Shown here piece after piece: positions 18,350-29,160 of a stretch of DNA of 64,000 nt. The stretch is from a virus. Within the stretch, counting starts at the first letter, position 1. The number at the start of each line of letters is the position of its first letter. Both the position numbers and the translations under genes were made by a program. A model generated the notes under the pieces. The model was not told the origin of the DNA, did not search any database, and was given only the letters and a program-made list of their open reading frames with translations. Where the stretch lies: IMG/VR virus record IMGVR_UViG_3300044712_000792, positions 20,697-84,696 of that record, one strand, 5' to 3'.

Positions 18350-19465
18350 TTAACTCTCCCTTACCGTTACAATACCTGTTCTAGTTTCTATTTCCAAATT
18401 AGGTAATGTTACGGTCAGTTTCCATCTATACTTCCTAGCTTTTAGATATGCATGATGTGTTATAGCATCAGTAGACTCAAATACATAGACATAATCTGGC
18501 TGCGTATCCGTGTATGTTAATGCGGGTTCTGTAGCTGGAGGTACTATTTCAACTATACCTATTAAACCACTAGTAATTGTATTACCAGTTGAAGTTATTC
18601 TGTATATTCTGTACTCTATAGCATCGCTAACCGCTGTCCAGGTCAAGGTAACATAATCATTATCTCCTAGAGGCGGAGCAGATGGGATTTGAACTTCTTG
18701 GGATATGATTAGTCGTCTAGCTGTAACAGCAACAACGATGTAAGTATATGTATATGCAGTAGATGTAGCCACTTTGGTTAATACAGCAGTAGGGGCTTCA
18801 AAGGCACATTTAGGTGTTGTTCCTCTAGTTACCCCTGTAAAATCTCCGTGATGTTTAATACAATAACAACCAGAGAACATTGTGTCATAAAAAAGTTCTA
18901 ATATCTGAAACTTTGAGGAACTAAAGATATAATCCTCAAATGTTATGGTTAAAATGAATGTGTCTTCCCAATAAAACGGCTTGAATTGCTTCCATGTAGT
19001 AATCAAATCTGTTGTCATTAAAAGAGTTACACCATTATTCAAATCTCCAATCCATTCAAATTCTGGTTCAATTTTAGCTGTCTTCTCTTGTAATCCGCAG
19101 GTTAAATACTTTCCCTTTAGATTAATCTTCTTCTTTTCTTCGGTAAGAACTAGTGTATTTTCTCTTGGGTTTGTTTGAACTTGTTTGTTAATTTTAGTGT
19201 TCTTGGCAGTTACCAATACGCTTACCCAAAATACTATCGGAACTGCCTCTAAATTAAGGTCAAATACAATGGAACTAGCCAATATGGTTAGGTCTTCTAT
19301 TTCAGCTTTACCAACAACTCTATCATTTACAAAGAATAGAACATCTACCGAATTGCTAGATACTTCTTGTTTTGCATATAGTTCTTCTAAAGTTGTAATA
19401 GTATCTTGTTCTACCGACCACTCTAATTTTAAGTCTTTATTGTTTATTGATTTTTCTACAATCAT
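18350..19465 (-). CDS. virion structural protein with FN3/Ig-like domain
   Basis: TYTYIVVAV...VTLTWTAVSDAIEYRIYR...YTDT. Confidence 0.6.
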   Translation of the reverse strand: MIVEKSINNKDLKLEWSVEQDTITTLEELYAKQEVSSNSVDVLFFVNDRVVGKAEIEDLTILASSIVFDLNLEAVPIVFWVSVLVTAKNTKINKQVQTNPRENTLVLTEEKKKINLKGKYLTCGLQEKTAKIEPEFEWIGDLNNGVTLLMTTDLITTWKQFKPFYWEDTFILTITFEDYIFSSSKFQILELFYDTMFSGCYCIKHHGDFTGVTRGTTPKCAFEAPTAVLTKVATSTAYTYTYIVVAVTARRLIISQEVQIPSAPPLGDNDYVTLTWTAVSDAIEYRIYRITSTGNTITSGLIGIVEIVPPATEPALTYTDTQPDYVYVFESTDAITHHAYLKARKYRWKLTVTLPNLEIETRTGIVTVRES

Positions 19466-19992
19466 TCAGTAACCTTATGTTTTTCCATAAATCGTATAAT
19501 TTTTTCTTTATCTGGCCCTTTAGCAAACCCAAAACTAGTCAGATTCCAATTACATGCTCTATAAGGGTCCGCCCCTAGTTTTATTAGAAATTCCACATTA
19601 TCAAAATCACCCATATCACAAGCACACATTAAAGGTGTGATGCCATTTTTATTACCATAATCAGCACTACAACCACCATCAATTAATTTTTGCAATAACA
19701 CCCTATCAGTAATTCTAGCCCACATAGCAAAATGTATTATAGTATTCCTATAATTTTTTGTTTTAGCCTTTAAATTTAGCTTTAGGTCTTTTGCATTATT
19801 AAGCATAAACCTAGCCATATCAATTCTATTTTCGTTGAGCATATGGGCTAACAAAGGAATTTCATCATCGCTATATCTATTAGTAACATAAGTGTTAGCA
19901 GAAACACCATTATCTAGTAATTCATATAATTGTCTTAAGCTATTTTTCTCAACAGCTTCCGTTAGTTTTTCTATTACATTTTCTATTGGCAT
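19462..19992 (-). CDS. ankyrin-repeat protein (member 2)
   Basis: LLDNGVSAN, NTIIHFA, GITPLMCAC.MG....VEFLIKLGADP. Confidence 0.9.
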   Translation of the reverse strand: MPIENVIEKLTEAVEKNSLRQLYELLDNGVSANTYVTNRYSDDEIPLLAHMLNENRIDMARFMLNNAKDLKLNLKAKTKNYRNTIIHFAMWARITDRVLLQKLIDGGCSADYGNKNGITPLMCACDMGDFDNVEFLIKLGADPYRACNWNLTSFGFAKGPDKEKIIRFMEKHKVTE

Positions 19993-19993
19993 T

Positions 19994-20398
19994 TTACATC
20001 ACATTATTGCTTGAGAAATTGAATAAGAACTGTTGGTCGGTTGAGGTTTCAGTATTCCTTACATTCATAACAATTATCATTTTTACATTGTAATCTTCTG
20101 TATCACCAACTGGACTGAATGTTATGTACAAAGAATCCACAGCTAAATATGACAGATATTTTTTCATTTGTAAGGTTATTATATTACGAATTTCTTGGAT
20201 TACTAGGTCTGTTGATGGGGCAAACAAGTAACTTCTTATGCCTATACCGAACTCTGGGTATCCTACTCTTTCACCTGGAACAGTCATAAGTAGCTGATAA
20301 ATATTGACATACATACCTTCAACAGAACTTCTATCTGTGCCTTGAAAATATCCATCGGTCATAGATTTTTTGAAAGGTATTAAAATGCTATTTGGCAC
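19994..20398 (-). CDS. baseplate wedge protein, GPW/gp25 family
   Basis: LLMT.PGERVGYPEFG.GI..YLF. Confidence 0.88.
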   Translation of the reverse strand: MPNSILIPFKKSMTDGYFQGTDRSSVEGMYVNIYQLLMTVPGERVGYPEFGIGIRSYLFAPSTDLVIQEIRNIITLQMKKYLSYLAVDSLYITFSPVGDTEDYNVKMIIVMNVRNTETSTDQQFLFNFSSNNVM

Positions 20399-20401
20399 TT
20401 A

Positions 20402-20626
20402 TCACTCCTTTTGTTTATATTCTTTACGGTCATTCAATATAGCAGAACCTTCATATTGTATCAATAATGTTATTTCAATAATCCCTGTTTTGTTGTCCCT
20501 TGTTGCTGAAATTGTTTTAACATCATTTACCGAACCCCACCTTCCTTGACAATTTTCCAAAATTTCGTTAATCTCTTCCGTTACATCGCTTTCGCTACCT
20601 TTGAATGTCTTGATTAAAACCTTCAT
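20402..20626 (-). CDS. hypothetical protein
   Basis: AAGGAG RBS; first gene of minus operon. Confidence 0.65.
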   Translation of the reverse strand: MKVLIKTFKGSESDVTEEINEILENCQGRWGSVNDVKTISATRDNKTGIIEITLLIQYEGSAILNDRKEYKQKE

Positions 20627-20674
20627 AAGTCTCCTTCACGAGTTTTGGTGTCAATTTCTTGAACCGGGCTTTAC

Positions 20675-20709
20675 TTTATATTCTTTTCCGAATTAGAATA
20701 GAATATAAG
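20675..20709. promoter_or_regulatory. divergent pair of class B (putative late) motifs
   Basis: AAAAGAATATAAA on minus (20675-20687) and ATAGAATATAAG on plus (20698-20709) between divergent operons. Confidence 0.65.
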
Positions 20710-20755
20710 ATAAATGGTTATTTACCTTGAAATATAAGAAAAAAAGGGGTCAATT

Positions 20756-23700
20756 ATGGTCAAATTAATAGAGGCAGACATTCCTGTTAGAATATTGCTT
20801 TCTGAAGCTAAATTGAGAGATGTATATGAACAATATAAGCTAACAGATGAAGAAAAACTGTATTTTAACCAAATCATTGAAAAACAAAGACATTTACAAA
20901 AATATATGCCACACATAATAAAATTCATCAAAGAGGATGGGTATGCCCCAAGTGTAGTCTTTGAGATATTCAATCTGTTTGAAAAATACAAAGATGTTGT
21001 CCCACATAAAGACTTTATGGATGCTAAATATTATTCTACGCTTTTAGACTTTAGACAAGCAATAAAAGTAGCACAAAGAGAGAAAAAAGCAGCTGTAATT
21101 GGTGGAGTAAACCCTAGTGTTGTTGAACGAATTGAGAATGGATTAAAACAGTTTTCAACAACAACATTTCTAGTTTCTGAAACAGACGAATATTGGGTTA
21201 TTTATATTGGGTCGTTTCCAGCTAGTGTTTATTTCTGTGAAGAACCTAGAAAACAGACATCAAAACTCGGTGGACCTCCTTGGTGTATTGGAGCCCAAGA
21301 AGGCAATTACAATAACTACCATCGTGATTACAAATCGTGTTTTTTGATTCAACCCAAAGATGGATATATGAAAAGCACCATTTTCTATGCTAGTGCTACC
21401 GCTCTTGAAAGAACAGATATTATGAACACAATGCATTATGATGAAGGTCCCTGGCATGGTGTCCTTAAGGTAATCAGAGAAAATGAAATGGTGAAAAAGA
21501 TTTGGGAGGTTAGAAGGGCGCAGCCTAGTCTTGCTATAAAAGATGTATCATTTTTTGTTATATCTGGTATTCCTGTTGGGACAGATTCTATGAAAACAAT
21601 TGAAACGCTAATAGAAAAAGAAGGAATAACTTTAACAAAAGATGAATGGGAGGAAATAAAGAAAAGTCCACAAACAGTTCTATCAAGAATATCATCTTGT
21701 CCTAGTAATAAAGGGTTTTTTTATTGGATAGCTTATGCTGGTATTTGGCCAGAGTATTATGACATTTATTGTAAGGGTAGTGCTAAATTGTATGATTCAA
21801 AACTACCATTCAAATTGAAAGTAGACTTGGTGAAAGCAGGGTCAAATTATGGAACACATTTAATGTATTCGTTTGGGACATTAATGAGCAAACTTGGTGA
21901 CATTAAAGTTGATGATTTTCTTGACGAAGCAACCGTTGCCACACTATTCAACGAGTACAAGAAAGACAATAATAACACTTTAGAACTATTGTCACAACTT
22001 AATTTTGATACAAAGGAAGAAAAACTTATTGATTTCATAAGATTCGCTGTTGCCCACCCAAAACTTCTTCGTTCCCCAGCTACAGCTAATAGTATATTTC
22101 ATGATGCTAATGCCCATCTTGCCCATTTTACAGCAAATTTAATGCTTCAAACACTACAACTGTTAGAAAAAAAGGTTAAAATATCCGATATACTAAAAAA
22201 ATTAGTTCCAGAAACAGATTATGAAACAAAAATTATAGCATATAATTCTATGGGTTTACCTGCTTGGGAGATGACACAAGAAAATTTAGTAAACGGTAGC
22301 ATAGAGGCTGTCGCAGAGATAGAAAAGAATCGTGCAACCCTAAAGAAAGGTTATAGTATAGAGTATTTGAAATTGTATGTGTTTACATATCCAGAGTTAC
22401 TCCCAATACTATTATCGGAACACAATTATGCTCAAACATTTAAGAATTTCTACAATATTACCGCAGAAACTAGAGATAAATTTGTTAAATTTTATGTTTC
22501 TATACCTCAATCTTATAGAGATTTGTTTGAGAAAATACTTACCGATATTGGGTACACTACTGATACGGCATTAGTAGAATCGTTTATGGAAGCTTATAAA
22601 GCAGATGCCTCATTTTTGGATGAAAAACAGATATACACAATCTTTAAACACGCTATTAACAACTATGGTAATGGTTATTTTTCTTGGATTAACGGCCCTT
22701 TACAACAGTTATTTACAGACCCAGCAGTTAAAAACCCTATGAGTAACGCTATAAATTTTTACCCTAGAATATTTAGACCTATTGAAGGAACAGCTAACTT
22801 CAAAAAAATAATACAACAATATAATAGATTTCAAGATGCTGTGCGTTATGCTTCAAGTCATGATGTTAGACCAAGTTCAAGAACTTGGGGTAATAATTTA
22901 ACTTTTGAAATGTTGCAAATGTATACAGACCAGCAACTTACAAATATGTATATGCTAACAAATTATCTTTCATTTAGCCCAGACAACGAAACTACTCAAG
23001 AAGTCATATATATGTTTTCTAATGAAGTAGTTGCTGCATTTGTAGCATCTAACCCAAAGATAAAAGATATTAATAAAGTAGGTCTAATATTTTTCAATTT
23101 AAAAAAACTATTGAAAACAGAAGAAAAAATGTTAGAATACTTAAAATCAAATGTGGTTAATGATGTTATAGCTGATTGTGATTCTCTTGAAGCTCTGGAA
23201 ACACTTGGTAAGTTTGGTGCGTTCCTTATAGCTGCAAATAAAGAAAAGTTTGAAAAATTCCTAGCCGAAACAAAAGAGTGGAGTTCTGGGCTTATAAAGT
23301 ATCTTTTAGCTTTTCAATATGGCACTTTAGATAATGGAGTAATAGATGCAATTTTAAGGCATAAATCGGTTTTTGAAGAAGCGTTCAAAACTAGTACTTT
23401 TAAGGATTTCCCAAATTCGTTAGTCCAACAAGCCTATAATATGTTTTCTTATAATGTTTATCATGGTGGTGGTCTGTCTAATGTTGAAACTATTAAGCTA
23501 TTCCTTTCTATGGATTTTAAGAATTTAATAGAACCATTAGACCTAGCAAAGCAAAACAATTTATGGAATTGGATGGCGTATGCTGTTGGTAGGACTTCTT
23601 CATATAGCAGTAGTATGCCTACTGTTGGTTCTCCTGCTGCGGTAACATCAATAACTAAATTACAAGAAATGGCATTCAAATTACCTAAACTAATAGCATT

Positions 23701-24949
23701 AGCAAAGCAATTAACCCGAATGGAAACATTAAAACGTCAAGATGGTGGGGTTAAAAGACTTTATACCAATATTGATTACATTTTAGCTTTTAGCGAAACC
23801 TTGGAGATAGGGAAAATCCTTTTTGATGGTGTATATGATACCCCTACTATAGATAAAAAATTTGCTAAAGTGGCGAGCCTTAACTTAAAACACCCCGGAT
23901 ATGCTATGTTACATATGCTACACGGAGTAATAAAGGCAGAAGTACTAAAAAGTTTAGATGAATATATGCCAGCGATTATGACAATACTTAAATGGGATTA
24001 TGCAAAACTACAAAATTTGTTGGGTAAAATAAACATATCTGATATAGCAGAAGCTTCACAGAACAATACACTAGAAGAACTCTTGTCAAACCAAGAATAC
24101 ATACACATAACCTTACCAAATTGCTTGTATGATTTACTCCAATTTGCGGAAGATGGCGATTATCATTACGGAATAGCTATAAATGCTATACCAGAGGTTG
24201 GTATTGCAACCTATTCAAACACAGAAGTATCGTTGGTGGCTTTACATAAAACTATTAAATCAAAATCTATTGTAGTAATTTTAAAAAATCATAGGTTTGT
24301 TTTACCTAATAGGAGTAAGGGTAGAAAATCTAGTGATGTTAATATTGTTATTGAAAAATTTAAGGCTAGTATTTCTGATGTAAAGTTTTTTGATAAGTTT
24401 AATGACGATAAGTATAGTGGTCGCATTGAATTAATCAAACATTTAGTTCCAGATAATAGTCAAGAAATAGATAAAGTAGTATCTCATATTTTATCTACTT
24501 GGGATAATTCAATGAAAGGACTTGGCAGGAAAATACAGGTATATGTTATGTTTTATGGGGATTCTAGTGGTATTACGGTTAATAAGTTATTGGTAGATTT
24601 TATAGAGGCGAATCTTAATGCAGGGTTTTTGGGTAGCCTTCTAAATGCATATAATTACTATATGCCAACCATTTCAAAAGAGAAAAAAACAAGGTTCTGG
24701 TATATAGCAGGGTTGGCTTGTGTGTTTGGTGTTAAAAACAATATTGATGTCGCAAAAATAAGTGGATGGACACCAGTCCTTTCACAATTAAAAATGGCTA
24801 GTTTGACATTTGATTTAAAGGATACAATTAAACAGATATTCAATTTGCGAGTTCCGTTACTAACTTCAATAGAGAAGTTAGAAATATCATCAAGTAACAA
24901 GCATGCATTAAAAACTCTTATGAATTTAGAAGGTATAGAACAATGGTAA
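20756..24949 (+). CDS. large helical protein, tandem paralog 1 (putative internal virion protein)
   Basis: 1397 aa; LLSEA leader, QKYM, HKDF, YIGSFPASVYF, PWCIG. Confidence 0.6.
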   Translation: MVKLIEADIPVRILLSEAKLRDVYEQYKLTDEEKLYFNQIIEKQRHLQKYMPHIIKFIKEDGYAPSVVFEIFNLFEKYKDVVPHKDFMDAKYYSTLLDFRQAIKVAQREKKAAVIGGVNPSVVERIENGLKQFSTTTFLVSETDEYWVIYIGSFPASVYFCEEPRKQTSKLGGPPWCIGAQEGNYNNYHRDYKSCFLIQPKDGYMKSTIFYASATALERTDIMNTMHYDEGPWHGVLKVIRENEMVKKIWEVRRAQPSLAIKDVSFFVISGIPVGTDSMKTIETLIEKEGITLTKDEWEEIKKSPQTVLSRISSCPSNKGFFYWIAYAGIWPEYYDIYCKGSAKLYDSKLPFKLKVDLVKAGSNYGTHLMYSFGTLMSKLGDIKVDDFLDEATVATLFNEYKKDNNNTLELLSQLNFDTKEEKLIDFIRFAVAHPKLLRSPATANSIFHDANAHLAHFTANLMLQTLQLLEKKVKISDILKKLVPETDYETKIIAYNSMGLPAWEMTQENLVNGSIEAVAEIEKNRATLKKGYSIEYLKLYVFTYPELLPILLSEHNYAQTFKNFYNITAETRDKFVKFYVSIPQSYRDLFEKILTDIGYTTDTALVESFMEAYKADASFLDEKQIYTIFKHAINNYGNGYFSWINGPLQQLFTDPAVKNPMSNAINFYPRIFRPIEGTANFKKIIQQYNRFQDAVRYASSHDVRPSSRTWGNNLTFEMLQMYTDQQLTNMYMLTNYLSFSPDNETTQEVIYMFSNEVVAAFVASNPKIKDINKVGLIFFNLKKLLKTEEKMLEYLKSNVVNDVIADCDSLEALETLGKFGAFLIAANKEKFEKFLAETKEWSSGLIKYLLAFQYGTLDNGVIDAILRHKSVFEEAFKTSTFKDFPNSLVQQAYNMFSYNVYHGGGLSNVETIKLFLSMDFKNLIEPLDLAKQNNLWNWMAYAVGRTSSYSSSMPTVGSPAAVTSITKLQEMAFKLPKLIALAKQLTRMETLKRQDGGVKRLYTNIDYILAFSETLEIGKILFDGVYDTPTIDKKFAKVASLNLKHPGYAMLHMLHGVIKAEVLKSLDEYMPAIMTILKWDYAKLQNLLGKINISDIAEASQNNTLEELLSNQEYIHITLPNCLYDLLQFAEDGDYHYGIAINAIPEVGIATYSNTEVSLVALHKTIKSKSIVVILKNHRFVLPNRSKGRKSSDVNIVIEKFKASISDVKFFDKFNDDKYSGRIELIKHLVPDNSQEIDKVVSHILSTWDNSMKGLGRKIQVYVMFYGDSSGITVNKLLVDFIEANLNAGFLGSLLNAYNYYMPTISKEKKTRFWYIAGLACVFGVKNNIDVAKISGWTPVLSQLKMASLTFDLKDTIKQIFNLRVPLLTSIEKLEISSSNKHALKTLMNLEGIEQW

Positions 24950-27900
24950 AAAAACTTATTACCGAAGCTAGATTAAGGGATGTTTATACCAAATACAACT
25001 TGACTGACGATGAAAAAACCTATTTTAATAAGGTCATTGAGAAGCAAAAATTTATGCAGAAGTATATGCCACAAATTGTCAAATTCGTCAAACAAGATGG
25101 GGAAGAAGCAGATTTTGTTCTTGATGTATTTAATACATTTGAAAACTACAAGGATAAGGTTGAACATAAGGACTTTTTAGACGAGAAGGCTTACCCAGAT
25201 TTGTATTCGTATAGGGCTGCTGTTAAAAACTTTATGACCACAAAACGAGTAGCATCAAATCCTATCAGAGAAAATGTTGAAAATGGGCTAAACCAATTCA
25301 GCACAACAACTTACCTTGTTAAAGAAACAGATAATTTTTGGCTTATTTATATAGGTTCTTTTCCAGCTAGTGTGTATTTCTGTACAGAACCAAGAAAAGT
25401 AACGGGTCGTCTAGGAGGCTCACCTTGGTGTATTGGTGCTAATGAAAGTAACTATAATGGTTATCACGATGGTGGCAATTTGTGCTTTATTGTAATGTTT
25501 AAAGATACATACGATAAAAGCACCATTTATTATGCAAATAGAAGTGGGTTTACTAGAACAGACATTATGAACCACGCATACAATACTGATGCTGGTACTA
25601 TTTGTGATGGTGTTTATCAGATTATAAAAGCAGACCCTATGGTAAATAAACTGTGGGATGCTAGAAATAAAGTGGGTAACTCAATACCAATAAGTTTTGT
25701 GTCTTCTTTTGTTTTAGCTGGAATGGAAGTATCTTCAGATAAGAATTTGTTATTAGATGCTGTTTTGAAGAAGCACAATATTCAACTTAATGGGGAAGAA
25801 TTAGACCTATTAAAAAGAAGGTTTAGTATCTCTGCTACAACTGTTTTGAATTATATGAGTGAAGCCCCTACTAAAGAAGATTATTGGCATTGGGTTAGAG
25901 TGTCAGCAACAATGCAAGGCCAGGGCCTACTAGTAAGTCGTAATTTGAGTAAGCTATTGTATAATTCAAAAGTTCCATTTTCAGTTAAGAAAAAAATAGC
26001 AAGAGCTCCAGATGGTGGTGCCCCTGATATGTGGTATAGATTTTCATATCTTATATACCCCTTAAATATAGATGACCTTGATTCTTTGTTCCCTGGTGAT
26101 TTGCTATCAGAGTTTATTGAGGCTACTACGCCAACTTTAATGAGAAATGAGATTTTTAATTGGTTTTATGCGAGTGCTGGACTTGAATTTTCAGAGTACA
26201 AAAAAGAAGAACTTATTGGATTACTTGAATTTATTAAAACAAATCCTTCCTTCGTTTCTGCAATTCTTGGTAGTATCAGTAAATTTAGCAAATTTACTGT
26301 TGGGTTATTGCTACAAGCGTTTAATCTTTTATTGAAAAAAGAAGCAAATGTTGATACTATGTTAGATAAGCTAGTTCCTTCTACAGAATATGAAACTAAA
26401 ATATTAGAGATATTGAAGATAGGTTCGTTAAGCACTTGGAAACTAACAAAAGAACAAGTAATGGCCGCCGATTTGGAAGTATTAAAACAAGTAAATGAAA
26501 AAGCAAATATAGATATAATTGTACAATATGGACTATCTCAATCTGCAATTAGATATCTTACACTTAAATACCCTAAAATTATAACAATACTAAAAGAAGC
26601 ACATAAATTTCTTTACAACACAGGTTTTATTGGTGGACAGGGGGAAGAAGAATTTATCACAGGATTATTAAAATTCCCACCAGAACAAATACGGGAGTTT
26701 AACAAAGCATTTGAATCAACAGGCTATTCTATGGATAATGGAATTGCTTATTGTTTGGGTTGTTTATTCAAATCTGATATAAGCTTTTTATCCCCAGAGT
26801 TACAAATTAGTTGTGTGCGCTGGACAATAAATAGCTATGGTAATGAATATTTTTCTTTCAGTAGAGGCTTGTTAAGGAATGTGCCATTTTTTCCAAAACA
26901 GAAAGAGGTTACACTACTCCCTAACATATTTGACCAACCTATTATGATGTTCAAACCAGCAGAAGGAACTGCCAATTTTAAAAAGATTCTAGCCAACTAT
27001 GAGAAATTTCTTAATGCAATTTTTTATGTTCAATCTAGTGGTTTGACATTAAACTATCAGACAGAATTTTTTAGGTCTATGTCATATGAAACCCTCTCAA
27101 TGTATTCAGAATACCAATTAACAAATCTATTTTTGTTATCACCTTATCTATCAAATCAACAAGAAAATGATGAGACCAAAGATGTAGCTTTAAAATACTC
27201 TAGAAGATTAATACTAGCATTCTTGAAAAGCCTACCACGAATCTCAAATATAAACCATGTTGGACCTTTACTTAACAAATTAAAGGGTTTGTTGGGCACA
27301 GAAGAAAAAATGATTGAGTTTATGAGTAGCCATTCTATTAGCACTAATATGATTCACTTGAAAACTATAGAGCAAATGGAAAAACTATCTAGATATGGTA
27401 TGTTTAATTTAACAGCTAGTTATGAGAATATGGAAGCCTTTTTTTCAGAAACAGAAGATATATATGTTGAAGTGGCTAGATATATGAAATTGTCAGGCAT
27501 TTCAGAACTAAACAATTCGGTTATTACAGAAGCATTAAAAACTATTGGATTGTTCAGAACTGAAGTTAAAAAAAGCAACTTTTTGAAGCTATCTCCGATA
27601 AACTTTAATGCCGTAAACGCTTTTTGGTTAAATATGGTGTATAAAACAAATTCTAATTATATTTGGCTAACTGAACATATTAGCTTATTTTTCAGTATGG
27701 ATTTTGAACGCCTAGACCGTATGGCACCAGAATTTGTTAAACCAAACGCTTTTGCTGGTTGGCTACAAAGTTTCTATAATGGTGGGAATCTTTGGAATGC
27801 TGGGGACGAGAAGGCAAAATCTGCAATAGAAAATGCCTTAAATTATTTAGAATCCGTAATGCCAATCAGAGAGATGTTTAAAAAGTTGGGTGTGACAAAT

Positions 27901-29160
27901 TATTCAAATGATGGGTCTTCTGGGGCTTCTAGGGTATTAAAATATGGTAAATTTCTATTAGACACCTGGGAAAACGATAAAGTAACTACAACCATCATTA
28001 AAAATATACACGCAAATTCTTATTCTACATCTTGGATGCCAATTGTTGAAAAACTTCTTCCACAATTAAAGCACCCTAGTTATGCCTTTCTACCGCTTAT
28101 CTTTTCTGGTGATGTAACTACCGAATCCATAATAAAAATTAATGACATTATGCCAATTCTTGTGGAAAAAACTAACTATGACTATTCTAAACTTTTCTCT
28201 TTGTTACAGCATTTGACTACTGAAGAGATAAAAGAAGCTATTGCTAATAACACATTTGATGATATTATTGATATTACAAATTATAGAAAAATTATATTAC
28301 CTAGTTGGCTTGGGGGTATAACAGTAATAAGTGAAACAGATGATTTTATCTATGGTATTGCCTTCAAAACGCTTAATCCACTTATCACACACCCTTCAAC
28401 AAGAGATAAAATAAATCTTGTTGCAATACACAAAAGTTTACCAAATAAAAGCGTATATGCTATTTTGGAAAACCATGTTATTACCTTGCCTGCTGGAAGC
28501 ACAATAGACCCAATAGACCTTCAGCCTTTGATTAAAGAGTTCAAACATATGTTAAGTCAAGAACATATCATTAAGAAGTTGATTTCAGCAGGTTACCCTT
28601 CTTATATTAGTGCTATATACCCTAACGACTTGGCAACAAAAGAAAGAATATGTAAATTTATCTTCTCCAATAGTCTTAACAACAACTTTATGATTGATAT
28701 GGCTAACAAAATTGCTCTGTATATTTCTATGTACTACAAAAGTGGAGAACTCGAAATAAATAAAATGCTAATGGACTATTTAGAAGGATTGGTAACTAGA
28801 AGTGATGCCCCAAGTGGACACATTGACACTATGCTAGGTGGTAGTCAATATTATAAGCCAAATATGGAGTCTTCTAAAAAAACACTCTATTGGTTTGTTT
28901 GTTGTCTTGCTATACTGTTGGGCATTAAAAACGGCATAGACATACGAACTAGAACTGCGTTTGATAACTATTATAACTACTTAAGGCCTAGTTTTCTTAC
29001 TATGGACGGTAGAAGTATAATAAAGGATATGTTTGACCTTAAACCTCCCATTTTAGATTCAATAGATAACTTGGTTCTCCCGGGTAACGAAGATACAAAT
29101 ACCCATAATAAAGGCGTCATTAAAATGCTTTTGGGCTTGGAAGGAATTAAAGAATGGTAA
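24943..29160 (+). CDS. large helical protein, tandem paralog 2
   Basis: 1405 aa; LITEA leader, same motifs, shared EGTANFKKI and LKHP.YA blocks. Confidence 0.6.
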   Translation: MVKKLITEARLRDVYTKYNLTDDEKTYFNKVIEKQKFMQKYMPQIVKFVKQDGEEADFVLDVFNTFENYKDKVEHKDFLDEKAYPDLYSYRAAVKNFMTTKRVASNPIRENVENGLNQFSTTTYLVKETDNFWLIYIGSFPASVYFCTEPRKVTGRLGGSPWCIGANESNYNGYHDGGNLCFIVMFKDTYDKSTIYYANRSGFTRTDIMNHAYNTDAGTICDGVYQIIKADPMVNKLWDARNKVGNSIPISFVSSFVLAGMEVSSDKNLLLDAVLKKHNIQLNGEELDLLKRRFSISATTVLNYMSEAPTKEDYWHWVRVSATMQGQGLLVSRNLSKLLYNSKVPFSVKKKIARAPDGGAPDMWYRFSYLIYPLNIDDLDSLFPGDLLSEFIEATTPTLMRNEIFNWFYASAGLEFSEYKKEELIGLLEFIKTNPSFVSAILGSISKFSKFTVGLLLQAFNLLLKKEANVDTMLDKLVPSTEYETKILEILKIGSLSTWKLTKEQVMAADLEVLKQVNEKANIDIIVQYGLSQSAIRYLTLKYPKIITILKEAHKFLYNTGFIGGQGEEEFITGLLKFPPEQIREFNKAFESTGYSMDNGIAYCLGCLFKSDISFLSPELQISCVRWTINSYGNEYFSFSRGLLRNVPFFPKQKEVTLLPNIFDQPIMMFKPAEGTANFKKILANYEKFLNAIFYVQSSGLTLNYQTEFFRSMSYETLSMYSEYQLTNLFLLSPYLSNQQENDETKDVALKYSRRLILAFLKSLPRISNINHVGPLLNKLKGLLGTEEKMIEFMSSHSISTNMIHLKTIEQMEKLSRYGMFNLTASYENMEAFFSETEDIYVEVARYMKLSGISELNNSVITEALKTIGLFRTEVKKSNFLKLSPINFNAVNAFWLNMVYKTNSNYIWLTEHISLFFSMDFERLDRMAPEFVKPNAFAGWLQSFYNGGNLWNAGDEKAKSAIENALNYLESVMPIREMFKKLGVTNYSNDGSSGASRVLKYGKFLLDTWENDKVTTTIIKNIHANSYSTSWMPIVEKLLPQLKHPSYAFLPLIFSGDVTTESIIKINDIMPILVEKTNYDYSKLFSLLQHLTTEEIKEAIANNTFDDIIDITNYRKIILPSWLGGITVISETDDFIYGIAFKTLNPLITHPSTRDKINLVAIHKSLPNKSVYAILENHVITLPAGSTIDPIDLQPLIKEFKHMLSQEHIIKKLISAGYPSYISAIYPNDLATKERICKFIFSNSLNNNFMIDMANKIALYISMYYKSGELEINKMLMDYLEGLVTRSDAPSGHIDTMLGGSQYYKPNMESSKKTLYWFVCCLAILLGIKNGIDIRTRTAFDNYYNYLRPSFLTMDGRSIIKDMFDLKPPILDSIDNLVLPGNEDTNTHNKGVIKMLLGLEGIKEW

